From Patescibacteria group bacterium (GTDB taxonomy: Bacteria; Patescibacteriota; Patescibacteriia; Patescibacteriales; UBA12465), in NCBI GenBank assembly GCA_041649315.1, contig JBAZNJ010000001.1, positions 133,869-197,868 on the forward strand: a stretch of DNA of 64,000 nucleotides, in the 5' to 3' direction. The notes below the pieces were generated by a model. It did not search any database. It saw only the letters and a program-made list of their open reading frames with translations, and was not told the DNA's origin. The position numbers were made by a program, and so were the translations under genes. This document shows positions 10,136 through 19,303 of the stretch, piece after piece. The first letter of the stretch is position 1. Each line of letters begins with the position of its first letter.

Positions 10136-10639
10136 ATGATTCCCGTTACTATGATGATGGCGATAACCGTTGACGGTAAAATCGCCAAAGATAAAAACCA
10201 ATTAGCCGATTGGACCAGCCGCGAAGACAAGAAGCTTTTTGTGGAAGTTTCTAAATCCCACGGCGTAATTATGATGGGCGAAAATACTTTCAAGACCTTC
10301 CCCTCGCCTTTGTCCGGGCGTTTGAACGTGGTTTTTTCGGAAAATAATAATCCGCCGGAAATAGACGGGGTAAAATGGGTAAAAGGCGAACCGGCCGCAA
10401 TTTTAGATGAATTAGAAAAAATGGGTTATAAATCCGCCCTGCTCGGCGGCGGCGCCTTCCTTAATTCTCTATTTCTAGAAAAAAAATTAATTTCAGAAAT
10501 AATCCTGACTGTCGAACCAAAAATTTTCGGCGCCGGACTATCGCTATTTAATAAAGATCTTGACGCAGATCTAAGGCTTCTGGAAATGAAAAAACTAAAC
10601 GATAATACTATAATGCTGCACTACCAAGTGCTCAAATAA
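10136..10639 (+). CDS. RibD C-terminal-domain / dihydrofolate reductase-family reductase
   Basis: 167-aa ORF. MMMAITVDGKIA...DWTSREDKKLF...GVIMMGENTF...LNVVFS fits the RibD_C-like pattern. Sits directly after thyA. Confidence 0.7.
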   Translation: MIPVTMMMAITVDGKIAKDKNQLADWTSREDKKLFVEVSKSHGVIMMGENTFKTFPSPLSGRLNVVFSENNNPPEIDGVKWVKGEPAAILDELEKMGYKSALLGGGAFLNSLFLEKKLISEIILTVEPKIFGAGLSLFNKDLDADLRLLEMKKLNDNTIMLHYQVLK

Positions 10640-10641
10640 CT

Positions 10642-11205
10642 ATGCCTAAAACTATCCTCGGTTTTGTCGGACGCATCGCCAGCGGCAAAGACGCCTGTAA
10701 AAAATACATTATGGAAAAGTATGGTGCTTCCAGCCATCGCTATTCCACGGTCCTACGCGATATCCTAAACCGCCTCTATCTACCGATTGATCGGAATAAC
10801 CTGCAAAACCTATCTTTAGACCTACGCACCCGCTTCGGCAGTGATCTTCTAGCCCGCGTAATAATTGAAGACATTATTCGGGATGATCATGAGATAATTA
10901 TTATCGACGGTATCCGGCGCCTGGATGATGTTAAAAATTTAACAGAAAAATTTCCGGATCTTCATATAATCGGAATTGAAGTTGAAGCAAAAACCCGCTA
11001 TGAACGCATGGTGCGCCGTAACGAGAACGCCGGCGACACTGAAAAAACTTTTGCCGAATTCCAGGTTGACGACCAAAAAGAAGCAGAACAAGAAATCCCG
11101 ACGGTTATGGCTACGGCTAAATATAAATTAGATAATAACGGAACCTTTGAAGAATTATACGCGCAAATTGATAAGATTATCGGAGAAATTAAAAAGCAAC
11201 GCTAA
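10642..11205 (+). CDS. P-loop nucleotide kinase (dNMP kinase / dephospho-CoA kinase-like)
   Basis: 187-aa ORF with Walker A GFVGRIASGKD. Small kinase-size protein, 2 nt after the preceding gene. Confidence 0.55.
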   Translation: MPKTILGFVGRIASGKDACKKYIMEKYGASSHRYSTVLRDILNRLYLPIDRNNLQNLSLDLRTRFGSDLLARVIIEDIIRDDHEIIIIDGIRRLDDVKNLTEKFPDLHIIGIEVEAKTRYERMVRRNENAGDTEKTFAEFQVDDQKEAEQEIPTVMATAKYKLDNNGTFEELYAQIDKIIGEIKKQR

Positions 11206-11279
11206 AACAAGTCAACAAAATCATCGCTAAGATAAAAAAATATTTAGCGACAGCTCCATAATAAAACACTAATACTAAT

Positions 11280-11609
11280 ATGACCTTTGCCGAATACCAA
11301 AAAGAATCTCAACGCACCGCGCTTTATCCGAATAAGGGAGGAAATTATGTTTATCCGACTCTCGGCTTGGCCGGCGAAACCGGTGAAGTGGCGGAAAAAA
11401 TAAAAAAAATAATCCGCGACAAAGACGGTCAAATTGGCAATACTGATCGCGAAGAATTAAAAAAAGAATTGGGCGATGTCTTATGGTATATCGCACAAAT
11501 CGCGACGGAATTAGGTATTGATTTGGAAAATATTGCCATGGAAAATATAAAAAAATTACTTTCCCGCCTAGAACGCGGCCAAATCGGCGGTAGCGGCGAT
11601 AATCGGTAA
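11280..11609 (+). CDS. MazG-type nucleotide pyrophosphohydrolase (single domain)
   Basis: 109-aa ORF. FAEYQKESQRTALYP, LGLAGETGEVAEKIKK and ELGDVLWYIAQIATELGIDLE are typical MazG EExxE/helix motifs. Confidence 0.8.
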   Translation: MTFAEYQKESQRTALYPNKGGNYVYPTLGLAGETGEVAEKIKKIIRDKDGQIGNTDREELKKELGDVLWYIAQIATELGIDLENIAMENIKKLLSRLERGQIGGSGDNR

Positions 11610-11703
11610 TACTGCCGTGCGGATTTCTTAAATAAATAAAACACATAACTATTCAACCTAAAAATCTAAATTTTAAACGAAATAAAATCCGAACAAATCA
11701 AAT

Positions 11704-12387
11704 ATGAATAATAACAAAGGAAAATTTATTGTGATTGACGGCACGGACGGCTCGGGCAAAACGACCCAGCTTGAACTTTTGAAAAATCGCTTAGAAGCGG
11801 CCGGACGCATTGTCGCAATCGCTGATTTTCCGCAATACAATACGAAATCGGCCGGCTTGGTTGAAGAATATTTGTCCGGTAAATACGGTTCGGCTGAAGA
11901 AGTCGGACCTTATAAGGCCTCTATTTTCTACGCCGCCGACCGCTATGACGCGAGTTTTAAAATCCGTACTTGGCTCGCCGAAGGAAAAATCGTCCTGGCC
12001 AACCGCTACACCAGCGCCAACATGGGCCACCAAGGCGCGAAAATTACTGACCCGGCCGAACGAAAAAAATTTTTCCAATGGCTCTATGAGCTTGAATATA
12101 AAATTTTTGAAATTCCCGAGGCGGACTTGTCGCTAATCCTCCGGGTTGAAGCGGAGATTTCCCAGGAGCTAGCGAAACAACGGGTACGTGAAGATTGGAA
12201 CGGCAAGACTAAAGATATTCATGAAGAGGATTTTAATCATTTAAAAAAAGCCGAAGCCGTCTATTGCGAAATCGCCACTGACTTCCCGAATTTTAAACTG
12301 ATAAACTGCACGCGAGATAACAAAATCATGAGTCGGGAAGAAATCAGCGAGCTCGTCTGGAATGTGGTATCCGGGCTTGATTTATAA
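11704..12387 (+). CDS. tmk: Thymidylate kinase
   Basis: 227-aa ORF. KGKFIVIDGTDGSGKTTQLELL P-loop and the DRY motif AADRYDAS. Confidence 0.92.
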   Translation: MNNNKGKFIVIDGTDGSGKTTQLELLKNRLEAAGRIVAIADFPQYNTKSAGLVEEYLSGKYGSAEEVGPYKASIFYAADRYDASFKIRTWLAEGKIVLANRYTSANMGHQGAKITDPAERKKFFQWLYELEYKIFEIPEADLSLILRVEAEISQELAKQRVREDWNGKTKDIHEEDFNHLKKAEAVYCEIATDFPNFKLINCTRDNKIMSREEISELVWNVVSGLDL

Positions 12388-12569
12388 CTATAAAATTGAT
12401 ATATTAATCCGAAACTTCGTCCAAGCCTAATTAATAAGCGCTTGCTCAAGATAATTCCTAAATCAAAATTTTAGACCGCCGGAGTTAAACTTGTTATAAT
12501 ATAAGGGGCTGTCGCCGAATGCTTTTTTAAGCATAATTTCCCATAAATCAATCACCCAAAATTATAAAC

Positions 12570-14102
12570 ATGAAATATGATATCATTATCGGCTTGGAAA
12601 TCCATGCCGAGCTAAAAACTAAAAGCAAGATGTTCTGCGCCTGCGATAACGACGCCGCGGGCAAGGCGCCGAACACGACGGTCTGCCCGATCTGCCTCGG
12701 GCATCCCGGAACCTTGCCGGTCCCGAATAAAACCGCGATTGACTGGACAATCTTAACCGGCCTGGCTTTGAATTGCCAAATCAGCCAGCTTTCAAAATTC
12801 GACCGCAAAAATTATTTTTATCCTGATCTACCCAAGGGCTACCAAATTTCCCAATACGACCAACCCTTAGCCGCCAACGGCTACTTAGAAATAGACGGCG
12901 AAAAAATTCTCGTTACTCGGATTCATCTTGAAGAAGACACCGGGCAATCGCTTCATTTTAAAGACAAAAACTATACTCTAATTGATTTTAACCGCGCCGG
13001 CACGCCGCTAATGGAACTCGTCACTGAGCCGGTAATCAAAGACGCCGCGACTGCTAAAAAATTCTGCCAGGCCTACCAACAAATCCTGCGCTATCTTGAT
13101 ATCAGTAACGCTGATATGGAAAAAGGCGAGATGCGTTGCGAAGCGAATATAAGTATCCAGAAACCTGGCGCTTGGGAATACCGTGATGGCCAAATTCTAC
13201 CAAAGAGCCACGGCTTATTTGGAAATAAAAACTCCCTTAATGCTAAAGTTGAAGTAAAAAACATCAACTCTTTCAAGGCCGTAGAAAAAGCGATTAATTT
13301 TGAAGTTAAACGGCAAACCGAACTCTTAGATAATAGCGGAAAAATTGACGCGGAAACGCGCGGCTGGAATGAAAATATTGGCGAAACGGTCAGTCAACGA
13401 AAAAAAGAAACTTCAGCCGATTACCGTTATTTTCCGGAACCGGATATCCCGCCGCTGGAAATAAAAGAAGATCTGATTATGCGCCTGCGCGCCGGACTGC
13501 CGGAATTGCCTTTGGCGAAAAAACAGCGTTTCATGAAAGAGTTCTGGTTTAAAGAAGAAATGGCGGAGATTTTAACGACCGATAAAAAATTAGCCGACTG
13601 GACGGAAAATGTCTTGTCTGAACTTGACGCCTGGATTGAAGCGAACGGCGACGAAGAAGAACGCCAAGAACGGCGACTTTCAAAAACCGCCGGCAATTGG
13701 ATTACCAGCGAGCTTTTAAAACATCTTAACGCCGACAATAAAAAAATCGGCGATTTAAAGATAACAGCGGAAAATTTTGCTGAACTGGTCTGCCTGGTCT
13801 ATCAAGGAAAAGTTAATTCTTCGGCCGGACAGAAACTTTTGGAAATAATGTATGAACAAGGCGGCGATCCGACCGATTTAATGGACGAAATGGGATTAAA
13901 ACAGATTGATAATAGCGCGGAATTAGAAGCGGCCGTTAAAGAAATAATTGCCGCGCATCCGACACAAGCCGAACAATACCGGGCGGGCAAAACCAATGTT
14001 CTGCAATTTTTCATCGGCCAAGGAATGGCCGCGACCCGCGGTAAAGCCAACCCGGAAATTCTTAAGGAATTGTTGGAAAAATACCTAGAAGAATCAAAAT
14101 AG
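12570..14102 (+). CDS. gatB: Asp/Glu-tRNA amidotransferase subunit B
   Basis: 510-aa ORF. YDIIIGLEIHAELKTKSKMFCAC, CPICLGHPGTLP, HLEEDTG and a C-terminal YqeY-like tail. Confidence 0.95.
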   Translation: MKYDIIIGLEIHAELKTKSKMFCACDNDAAGKAPNTTVCPICLGHPGTLPVPNKTAIDWTILTGLALNCQISQLSKFDRKNYFYPDLPKGYQISQYDQPLAANGYLEIDGEKILVTRIHLEEDTGQSLHFKDKNYTLIDFNRAGTPLMELVTEPVIKDAATAKKFCQAYQQILRYLDISNADMEKGEMRCEANISIQKPGAWEYRDGQILPKSHGLFGNKNSLNAKVEVKNINSFKAVEKAINFEVKRQTELLDNSGKIDAETRGWNENIGETVSQRKKETSADYRYFPEPDIPPLEIKEDLIMRLRAGLPELPLAKKQRFMKEFWFKEEMAEILTTDKKLADWTENVLSELDAWIEANGDEEERQERRLSKTAGNWITSELLKHLNADNKKIGDLKITAENFAELVCLVYQGKVNSSAGQKLLEIMYEQGGDPTDLMDEMGLKQIDNSAELEAAVKEIIAAHPTQAEQYRAGKTNVLQFFIGQGMAATRGKANPEILKELLEKYLEESK

Positions 14103-14166
14103 CTAACGTCGACATCGGTTTAGCGCACCACTGGGTTGACCGCACCATATCAACTGTTCCTTGATA

Positions 14167-14194
14167 TTGACATTATCGTAATAATAAATAAAAT
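14167..14194 (+). promoter_or_regulatory. Sigma-70-like promoter candidate (TTGACA-16-TAAAAT)
   Basis: TTGACA at 14167-14172 and TAAAAT at 14189-14194, inside the 486-bp convergent gap after gatB. Confidence 0.3.
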
Positions 14195-14199
14195 AAATA

Positions 14200-14494
14200 G
14201 TTCTTTATATTAACCTTAAAAACGAACCACGGGCGAGACCGGAAAAACCGGGGTAAACACGTGGTAAAAAAATGAATGGAAAAAAATTTGAAATTAAAAA
14301 TCAGGGGATAAAAATAAACCCTTCCCGTTATCCCTTAAACCTCCCGAAAACCGAACGGGTAAGACAGGCGTTAAAAAACATCGAGCTTGATCCTCATCTT
14401 TCCGGACATCGGAATCGATCAGAATACAGCTCAGCCTGTATCGAAGATTTTTAAACCGAAGAAAAGAAAAAAGCCTCACCAAGAGGCTTTTTTA
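14200..14494 (+). ncRNA. Unassigned plus-strand transcription unit (candidate ~290-nt RNA or small-protein mRNA)
   Basis: Bounded by the promoter candidate and the terminator at 14466-14494. Nested hairpin ACCACG-GGCGAGA-CCGG-AAAAA-CCGG-GGTAAACA-CGTGGT near 14227-14266 and hairpin ATACAG-CTCAGC-CTGTAT near 14424-14441. No family recognised. Confidence 0.25.
14466..14494. terminator. Bidirectional intrinsic terminator (also serves miaA)
   Basis: AAGCCTC (14471-14477), loop ACCAA, GAGGCTT (14483-14489). A-run before and T-run after. Confidence 0.7.
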
Positions 14495-14588
14495 ATATCT
14501 AGACCAACTAAATTTTAATGCCAGCGCCAACCAAATTAATGTTGCTTTATAAGCAACTACCGCATAAAAAATGCCGCTGGTAATCGAC

Positions 14589-15560
14589 CTAAAAATATTT
14601 CTTTCGCCAACGGCTAATCGTCCGGCGGGCCGCCGACTCACTTTTTGTCCAATTAATCTCCCGCCCCTGCTTTTCCCAACGCCGGAACCAGGTCTTTTGC
14701 CGTTTAGCAAAACGATAAATCGCCGTGCTTAATTTTTCCACCATTTCCGGATAGCTTAATTCACCGAGCAGATGCGCACTCACGAATTTATACTCAAGCC
14801 CGAAAGATTTTAAGCGCTCCCAGGAAAGCCCTTGGTCATTAAGCCTTTTTACTTCCGCGACTAAGCCCTCTTTTTCCAGCCGCTCCAAAAGCCGTTGGAC
14901 AATCCGCTCGCGTAAAATCTTTTCCGGACAATCAAGGCTTAAAATCAGCCAATCATAAGGCGTTTCCTTCCGGCTAATTTTTTCCAAAGCTCCGGCTCTG
15001 ATTATTTCTAGATAGCGCGCCAAGCGCCGAACATTATGCCGGTCGCTGTTATTTATTCGGGCCGCAAAATCCGGTTTGAGCTCCCTAATCATTTCCATGA
15101 GTCCGGCCGCCGACATCTTTTTCTCCCATTCCCGACGCTCGGCCTGGCGCGGCGCAGCCGAAGAAAGATTATAATTATCAACGAGCGACTGGAGATAAAG
15201 ACCACTGCCGCCAACGACAATCGGGAGTTTCCCGCGGCGCAAAATATCTTCGATTGCCTTAAACGCGGCTTTCTGGTATTTAGCTAAATCAAAACGGAGA
15301 CGCGGATTAGCTACGTCAATTAAATGATAAGGGATTTTTTTTCGACCAACCCGATATTCCTTCAAATCCTTACCCGTGCCAATATCCATTCCTTTATAAA
15401 CCTGGCGACTATCAGCACTTACGATTTCACCGTTAAATTCCGCGGCCAAGCGGACGGCCAGTGCAGTCTTACCGCTTGAAGTCGACCCTAAAATCGCCAA
15501 AACCTTCGGCTTATTCTTTATTTTTAAGGGTTTTTTATTGTGGATAAGGTTACTTTTCAT
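14589..15560 (-). CDS. miaA: tRNA dimethylallyltransferase
   Basis: 323-aa ORF. ILGSTSSGKTALAVRLA P-loop, EIVSADSRQVYKGMDIGTGK, HHLID-like YHLIDV. Confidence 0.93.
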   Translation of the reverse strand: MKSNLIHNKKPLKIKNKPKVLAILGSTSSGKTALAVRLAAEFNGEIVSADSRQVYKGMDIGTGKDLKEYRVGRKKIPYHLIDVANPRLRFDLAKYQKAAFKAIEDILRRGKLPIVVGGSGLYLQSLVDNYNLSSAAPRQAERREWEKKMSAAGLMEMIRELKPDFAARINNSDRHNVRRLARYLEIIRAGALEKISRKETPYDWLILSLDCPEKILRERIVQRLLERLEKEGLVAEVKRLNDQGLSWERLKSFGLEYKFVSAHLLGELSYPEMVEKLSTAIYRFAKRQKTWFRRWEKQGREINWTKSESAARRTISRWRKKYF

Positions 15561-15644
15561 AATCTGATTTCTATATTATAATATAAGTAGTGATTTTTAT
15601 ATTGTTAAACTTTTTAAAACCCGCAGTGCGGGAGGGGGTTCATT

Positions 15645-15734
15645 ATGAGAACATTAACATTTATTTCTGGCGATATATCGCCATGCAGTTGCTTTTCAAA
15701 TTTAAACGTAGCAGAAAGAATCCGGTCACACTGA
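15645..15734 (+). CDS. Candidate 29-codon ORF in an orphan plus-strand unit
   Basis: ATG at 15645 preceded by GGGAGGGGG (15630-15638). MRTLTFISGDISPCSCFSNLNVAERIRSH, TGA at 15732-15734. Below the ORF-track size cutoff. Confidence 0.2.
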   Translation: MRTLTFISGDISPCSCFSNLNVAERIRSH

Positions 15735-15763
15735 AGTTTAAAATTTAAAGAAAGGAGTTTTAC

Positions 15764-15790
15764 GAGGGAGTTACAATACTCCCTTTTTTC
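15764..15790 (+). terminator. Plus-strand intrinsic terminator with no annotated plus-strand gene
   Basis: GGGAGT (15766-15771), loop TACAAT, ACTCCC (15778-15783), then TTTTTT (15784-15789). The minus-strand reading has no U-tract. Confidence 0.6.
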
Positions 15791-15890
15791 TTTGTTAAAA
15801 TTTACTGGAATGTTATAAGTTTGGAATTATCACAAGCCTCTCTTAAAATATTTTCATTAAAACGGCCTCTCTTCGTTCGACTTTCTATAT

Positions 15891-17294
15891 CTATCCGACT
15901 GTCTCCCCTTCCAGCCCAAACGCTCTTGCCCTAATTATTTTAACCATCACAAATTTCCCAATCAGCTTGCTTGGTCCGCTTGTCTTTGATGCGGAATCGG
16001 TTTTATTCGAAACCGCACCGCTTTTATGATTTGCTTCTTCTATTAAAACTGTCTGATACCCTCCAGCTTTACCATATAATTTTCCCTGGCGGTTCCGGCC
16101 CTCAACTAACACTTCTAAAGTCCGGCCAAGATATTTTTTATTATTGCTAAGCGCGGTTTCTTTTAAAATTTCGTTTAGAACATAGGCCCGGCGCTTTTTT
16201 TCCGCAATATTCACATTATCTTTTAATTTCGCCGCCGCGGTTCCCGGCCGCGGACTATATCGGGCAATATAGGCCAAATCAAACTTGATTGCCTTAAATA
16301 ACTTAAGCGTATTTTCAAACCGTGCTTTAGTTTCACCGGGAAAACCAACAATTACATCCGTCGTAATCGCGATACCGGGCCGGACGGCACGGATTTTTTT
16401 TATTAATTTCCGATACGCGGCCGCCGTATATTTCCGATTCATGGCCTTTAAAATCTGATCATCACCGGACTGGACCGCCAAATGCAGATGAGGACAAATC
16501 TTTGGCGACTTACCGATAATCTTAATCAGCTTATCGCTTAAATCTTTAGGGTGGCTTGAAGCAAAGCGAACCCAAAATTTTCCGGGCAAAGACGCGACTG
16601 ACGACAAAAGTTCCGGAAAATCAATCGCCGATTTTGAATCCTTATAACTATTAACATTTTGAGCAATTAAGATAATCTCTTTATAACCGGCCTTAATTAA
16701 ACGGCGCGCTTCTTTAATAATTTCTCCGGCCGACCGATAAACCTCACGGCCGCGGGCATAAGGCACGACGCAATAAGAACAGAAATTATTACAACCGTTA
16801 CCAATCGGAATATAAGCGCTGAAATTATTTTTATATTTCGGTTTGATTTTTAAATATTTTTCTCCCTGTTCCAAGCGTCTTTCATCCCGGCTAAAAATCG
16901 GCGCAAAGGACAAGGACTTAGCCCCGTCATCCCGCGCCCCAATCTCCGCCAACAAATCTGACAATCGAGTCATTTCGCTGGTTGGCAAAAACAAATCAAC
17001 CTGGCCGGCCAAACGTTCTTTAACATCCGGCCGCCGGCTCAAACAGCCGATAATAATAATCTTCGCCCGCGGATTCACCTGCCGAATTCTAAAAACTAAA
17101 GCATCCGCGCGATTTTCCGCCGCCTGCCGGACACCGCAAGTATTAATTATCGCCACGCCGGCCCTCTTAAAATCCTCGGCCTCCCGGAAACCGCGGCTTT
17201 CCAAAAAAGCGGCCAGACGCTCGCTATCTGCGATATTCATCTGGCAACCGATGGTTATAATATGAAAAATTTTATTATTTATCTTTTTCATCAA
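15891..17294 (-). CDS. miaB: Radical-SAM methylthiotransferase, MiaB type
   Basis: 467-aa ORF. N-terminal FHIITIGCQMNIADSE, radical-SAM GCNNFCSYCVVPYARG, C-terminal TRAM-like LIGKFVMVKIIRA. Confidence 0.85.
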   Translation of the reverse strand: MMKKINNKIFHIITIGCQMNIADSERLAAFLESRGFREAEDFKRAGVAIINTCGVRQAAENRADALVFRIRQVNPRAKIIIIGCLSRRPDVKERLAGQVDLFLPTSEMTRLSDLLAEIGARDDGAKSLSFAPIFSRDERRLEQGEKYLKIKPKYKNNFSAYIPIGNGCNNFCSYCVVPYARGREVYRSAGEIIKEARRLIKAGYKEIILIAQNVNSYKDSKSAIDFPELLSSVASLPGKFWVRFASSHPKDLSDKLIKIIGKSPKICPHLHLAVQSGDDQILKAMNRKYTAAAYRKLIKKIRAVRPGIAITTDVIVGFPGETKARFENTLKLFKAIKFDLAYIARYSPRPGTAAAKLKDNVNIAEKKRRAYVLNEILKETALSNNKKYLGRTLEVLVEGRNRQGKLYGKAGGYQTVLIEEANHKSGAVSNKTDSASKTSGPSKLIGKFVMVKIIRARAFGLEGETVG

Positions 17295-17305
17295 TTTTCC
17301 TGTTT

Positions 17306-17351
17306 AACAATTTTACTACTTTATCAATAACAATTTTTCTACTTTATCAAT
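17306..17351. repeat. 23-bp tandem duplication (2 copies, 1 mismatch) upstream of miaB
   Basis: AACAATTTTACTACTTTATCAAT (17306-17328) and AACAATTTTTCTACTTTATCAAT (17329-17351). Confidence 0.85.
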
Positions 17352-17357
17352 CACATT

Positions 17358-19241
17358 TTAATTTTCCAACTCAAGCGCCCCGGCTTCCGCTTCGGCGCCA
17401 ATCTCCATTTCAGTCCCAATCTCCACTTTTGCCTCTGTTTCAATTTCAACTTCCGCCCCTATTTCCTCCTCCGGCATTGCCCTAACCCAATACAAACCAA
17501 AATCCTGATTAACTTTTAATTTTAATTTTAAACTCACGCCGTATAGCGGTAATTTACGCTCGTTAAGATAGTCAACCGCGGCTTCATCTAAATAAAAATC
17601 ATAATAATAAACCGGATAATAATCAGCTAATTGCCGGGCCGCCGGCCAAAGCTCGTCCGCCGGGATATTAGCCATAATCACCCGCCGTTCCGGCCACAAA
17701 AGCTTATCATAATAACGAGTAATAATCACCGCATCCGGCTCAGTCAAATTCCAAACCGTTTCCACGCTCGCCCGTTCCGCCCGATTATTATGATATAAAT
17801 AAACCAAACCCTCTTCCGAACCGTATAGCACAAAGAAAAGTGAAAAAATCCCTATTATTAGAACCGTCATCGCTTCTAAACCTAAAGTAATAAGCCTTTT
17901 AACGCGATCGCTTGCCTTAAAAAATAAAACCGCAGCCGCTCGTCCGATCCGCCGAATAAACAAAGCGGCTAAAGGAATTAAAAACAAATAAATTGGCAGC
18001 CAATAGCGCGTATAGGAATTCCCAATCGTAAACCGGGAGGGATCCGGATTATCATTAAATTTCCAGCTGCCGTAATAAAAAATCAAAAGCCCAGACAAAA
18101 CCAAGCCGCTTAGAAAATAAACTAAGTATTTCTTTTTAAAGCGGCGGATATTATCAATACCGACGATAATAAAACCGCCACTAGCGCCATAAAACAAAAC
18201 CGGAAACATTTCTAAAACATAATACCGAAACATCGCAAGCGACTGTTCATACTTAAAGCCAAAATAAAAAACATTCCTGAAAATCGTGCCGACATAATGG
18301 CGGTAGTAATCAAGCTGTCCACGCCAAGTCGCCCGGAATAATTCCCCGCTTGACCGAGCCAAGTCATCAAGCGACCGGTTCATTTCATTATAGCCGCCAT
18401 GCCAGAAAGCGCCATAAAGAAGCTGATTAAAATAAGCAACCGGAACTAAAGGCGCAAAAGCGCCAGCCAAAAATAATAATAATTTTGCCCAACCGAGACG
18501 CCGGGCATAAAAAAGCCAAACGATGAGCCAGGCCGGAACAAGCCATAATAATTCCGAAGTCCGGGTAATGACCGCCAATCCGGCTAAAACGCCGGCGACA
18601 AAAGATAAAGATAACTCTAAATAATGTTGCCCCGGCAGAGTTTTCACGTCAAAAGGCAAAATATCTTGATCAGAATCTTTTCGACGGCCTAAAGCTAAAA
18701 TAAAAAAATAAACCGCCGCGAGCAATAGTGAAATAAATAAAACATTATGGAACATTGACCGAACCGTGTAATAAGTATAGACCGGAAAAACAGCCAGCAG
18801 GACCGCTGACCATAAAGCAATCCGAGCGGAAAAAAAACGGCGGACAATCAGATAAAAAAAGATTAAACCGAGCGCGGCGAAAAAGGGCGTTAAAAAAGGA
18901 ATGACAGACGGACCGAGAATTGCCGCGATCGACCCATAAATCAAAATAATACCCAAGAAGCTCACCGGCTTGATTGTTCCGGAATCGCTTCGCGTACTGC
19001 GCGGCATGATCAGATTACTACCAATCAAGTTCGCCCGATCAAAAAAAGCTAATTGCCCGGTCTCGGCAAACCTTTCCGTAAAAAAATAATTAGCGTTTTC
19101 GTCCGGCGACGACCATTTAATATAATTTTTATCCTGAGAAACACGGTTAAAAGACGAGGTAGCGAAAAAGAAAATAAGCGCCAAGCCGATGACGATGAGT
19201 AAATTAAGATTTTTCACGCAATAGCGCCAAAAAATTTTCAT
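17358..19241 (-). CDS. GT-C fold membrane glycosyltransferase (ArnT/PMT, GT39-like)
   Basis: Polytopic ORF with first-loop motif SSPDENANYFF and many TM helices. ATG at 19241 preferred over the TTG at 19277. Acidic repeat tail EIGAEVEIETEAKVEIGTEMEIGAEAEAG. Confidence 0.7.
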   Translation of the reverse strand: MKIFWRYCVKNLNLLIVIGLALIFFFATSSFNRVSQDKNYIKWSSPDENANYFFTERFAETGQLAFFDRANLIGSNLIMPRSTRSDSGTIKPVSFLGIILIYGSIAAILGPSVIPFLTPFFAALGLIFFYLIVRRFFSARIALWSAVLLAVFPVYTYYTVRSMFHNVLFISLLLAAVYFFILALGRRKDSDQDILPFDVKTLPGQHYLELSLSFVAGVLAGLAVITRTSELLWLVPAWLIVWLFYARRLGWAKLLLFLAGAFAPLVPVAYFNQLLYGAFWHGGYNEMNRSLDDLARSSGELFRATWRGQLDYYRHYVGTIFRNVFYFGFKYEQSLAMFRYYVLEMFPVLFYGASGGFIIVGIDNIRRFKKKYLVYFLSGLVLSGLLIFYYGSWKFNDNPDPSRFTIGNSYTRYWLPIYLFLIPLAALFIRRIGRAAAVLFFKASDRVKRLITLGLEAMTVLIIGIFSLFFVLYGSEEGLVYLYHNNRAERASVETVWNLTEPDAVIITRYYDKLLWPERRVIMANIPADELWPAARQLADYYPVYYYDFYLDEAAVDYLNERKLPLYGVSLKLKLKVNQDFGLYWVRAMPEEEIGAEVEIETEAKVEIGTEMEIGAEAEAGALELEN

Positions 19242-19303
19242 TACCTTTATGTTAACTAAAATTGCCAATTTTAGCAAGAATTTGCTATGATTAAAGAGTA
19301 TTT

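Noticed and set aside
14272-14454. 60-codon ORF in the gatB-miaA gap as a real protein gene.
   Set aside because: No start context, and featureless sequence overlapping predicted hairpins. Kept only as a possibility within the unassigned-unit finding.
14103-14588. Tested by eye for tmRNA, RNase P RNA, SRP RNA and common riboswitch cores.
   Set aside because: No tRNA-like 3' end or GGGG 5' end (tmRNA). No GAGGAAAGUCC-type P4 core (RNase P). GUCCGGAAAGAUGAGG on the minus strand does not close the SRP helix-8 GGAA tetraloop stem. So no family call was made.
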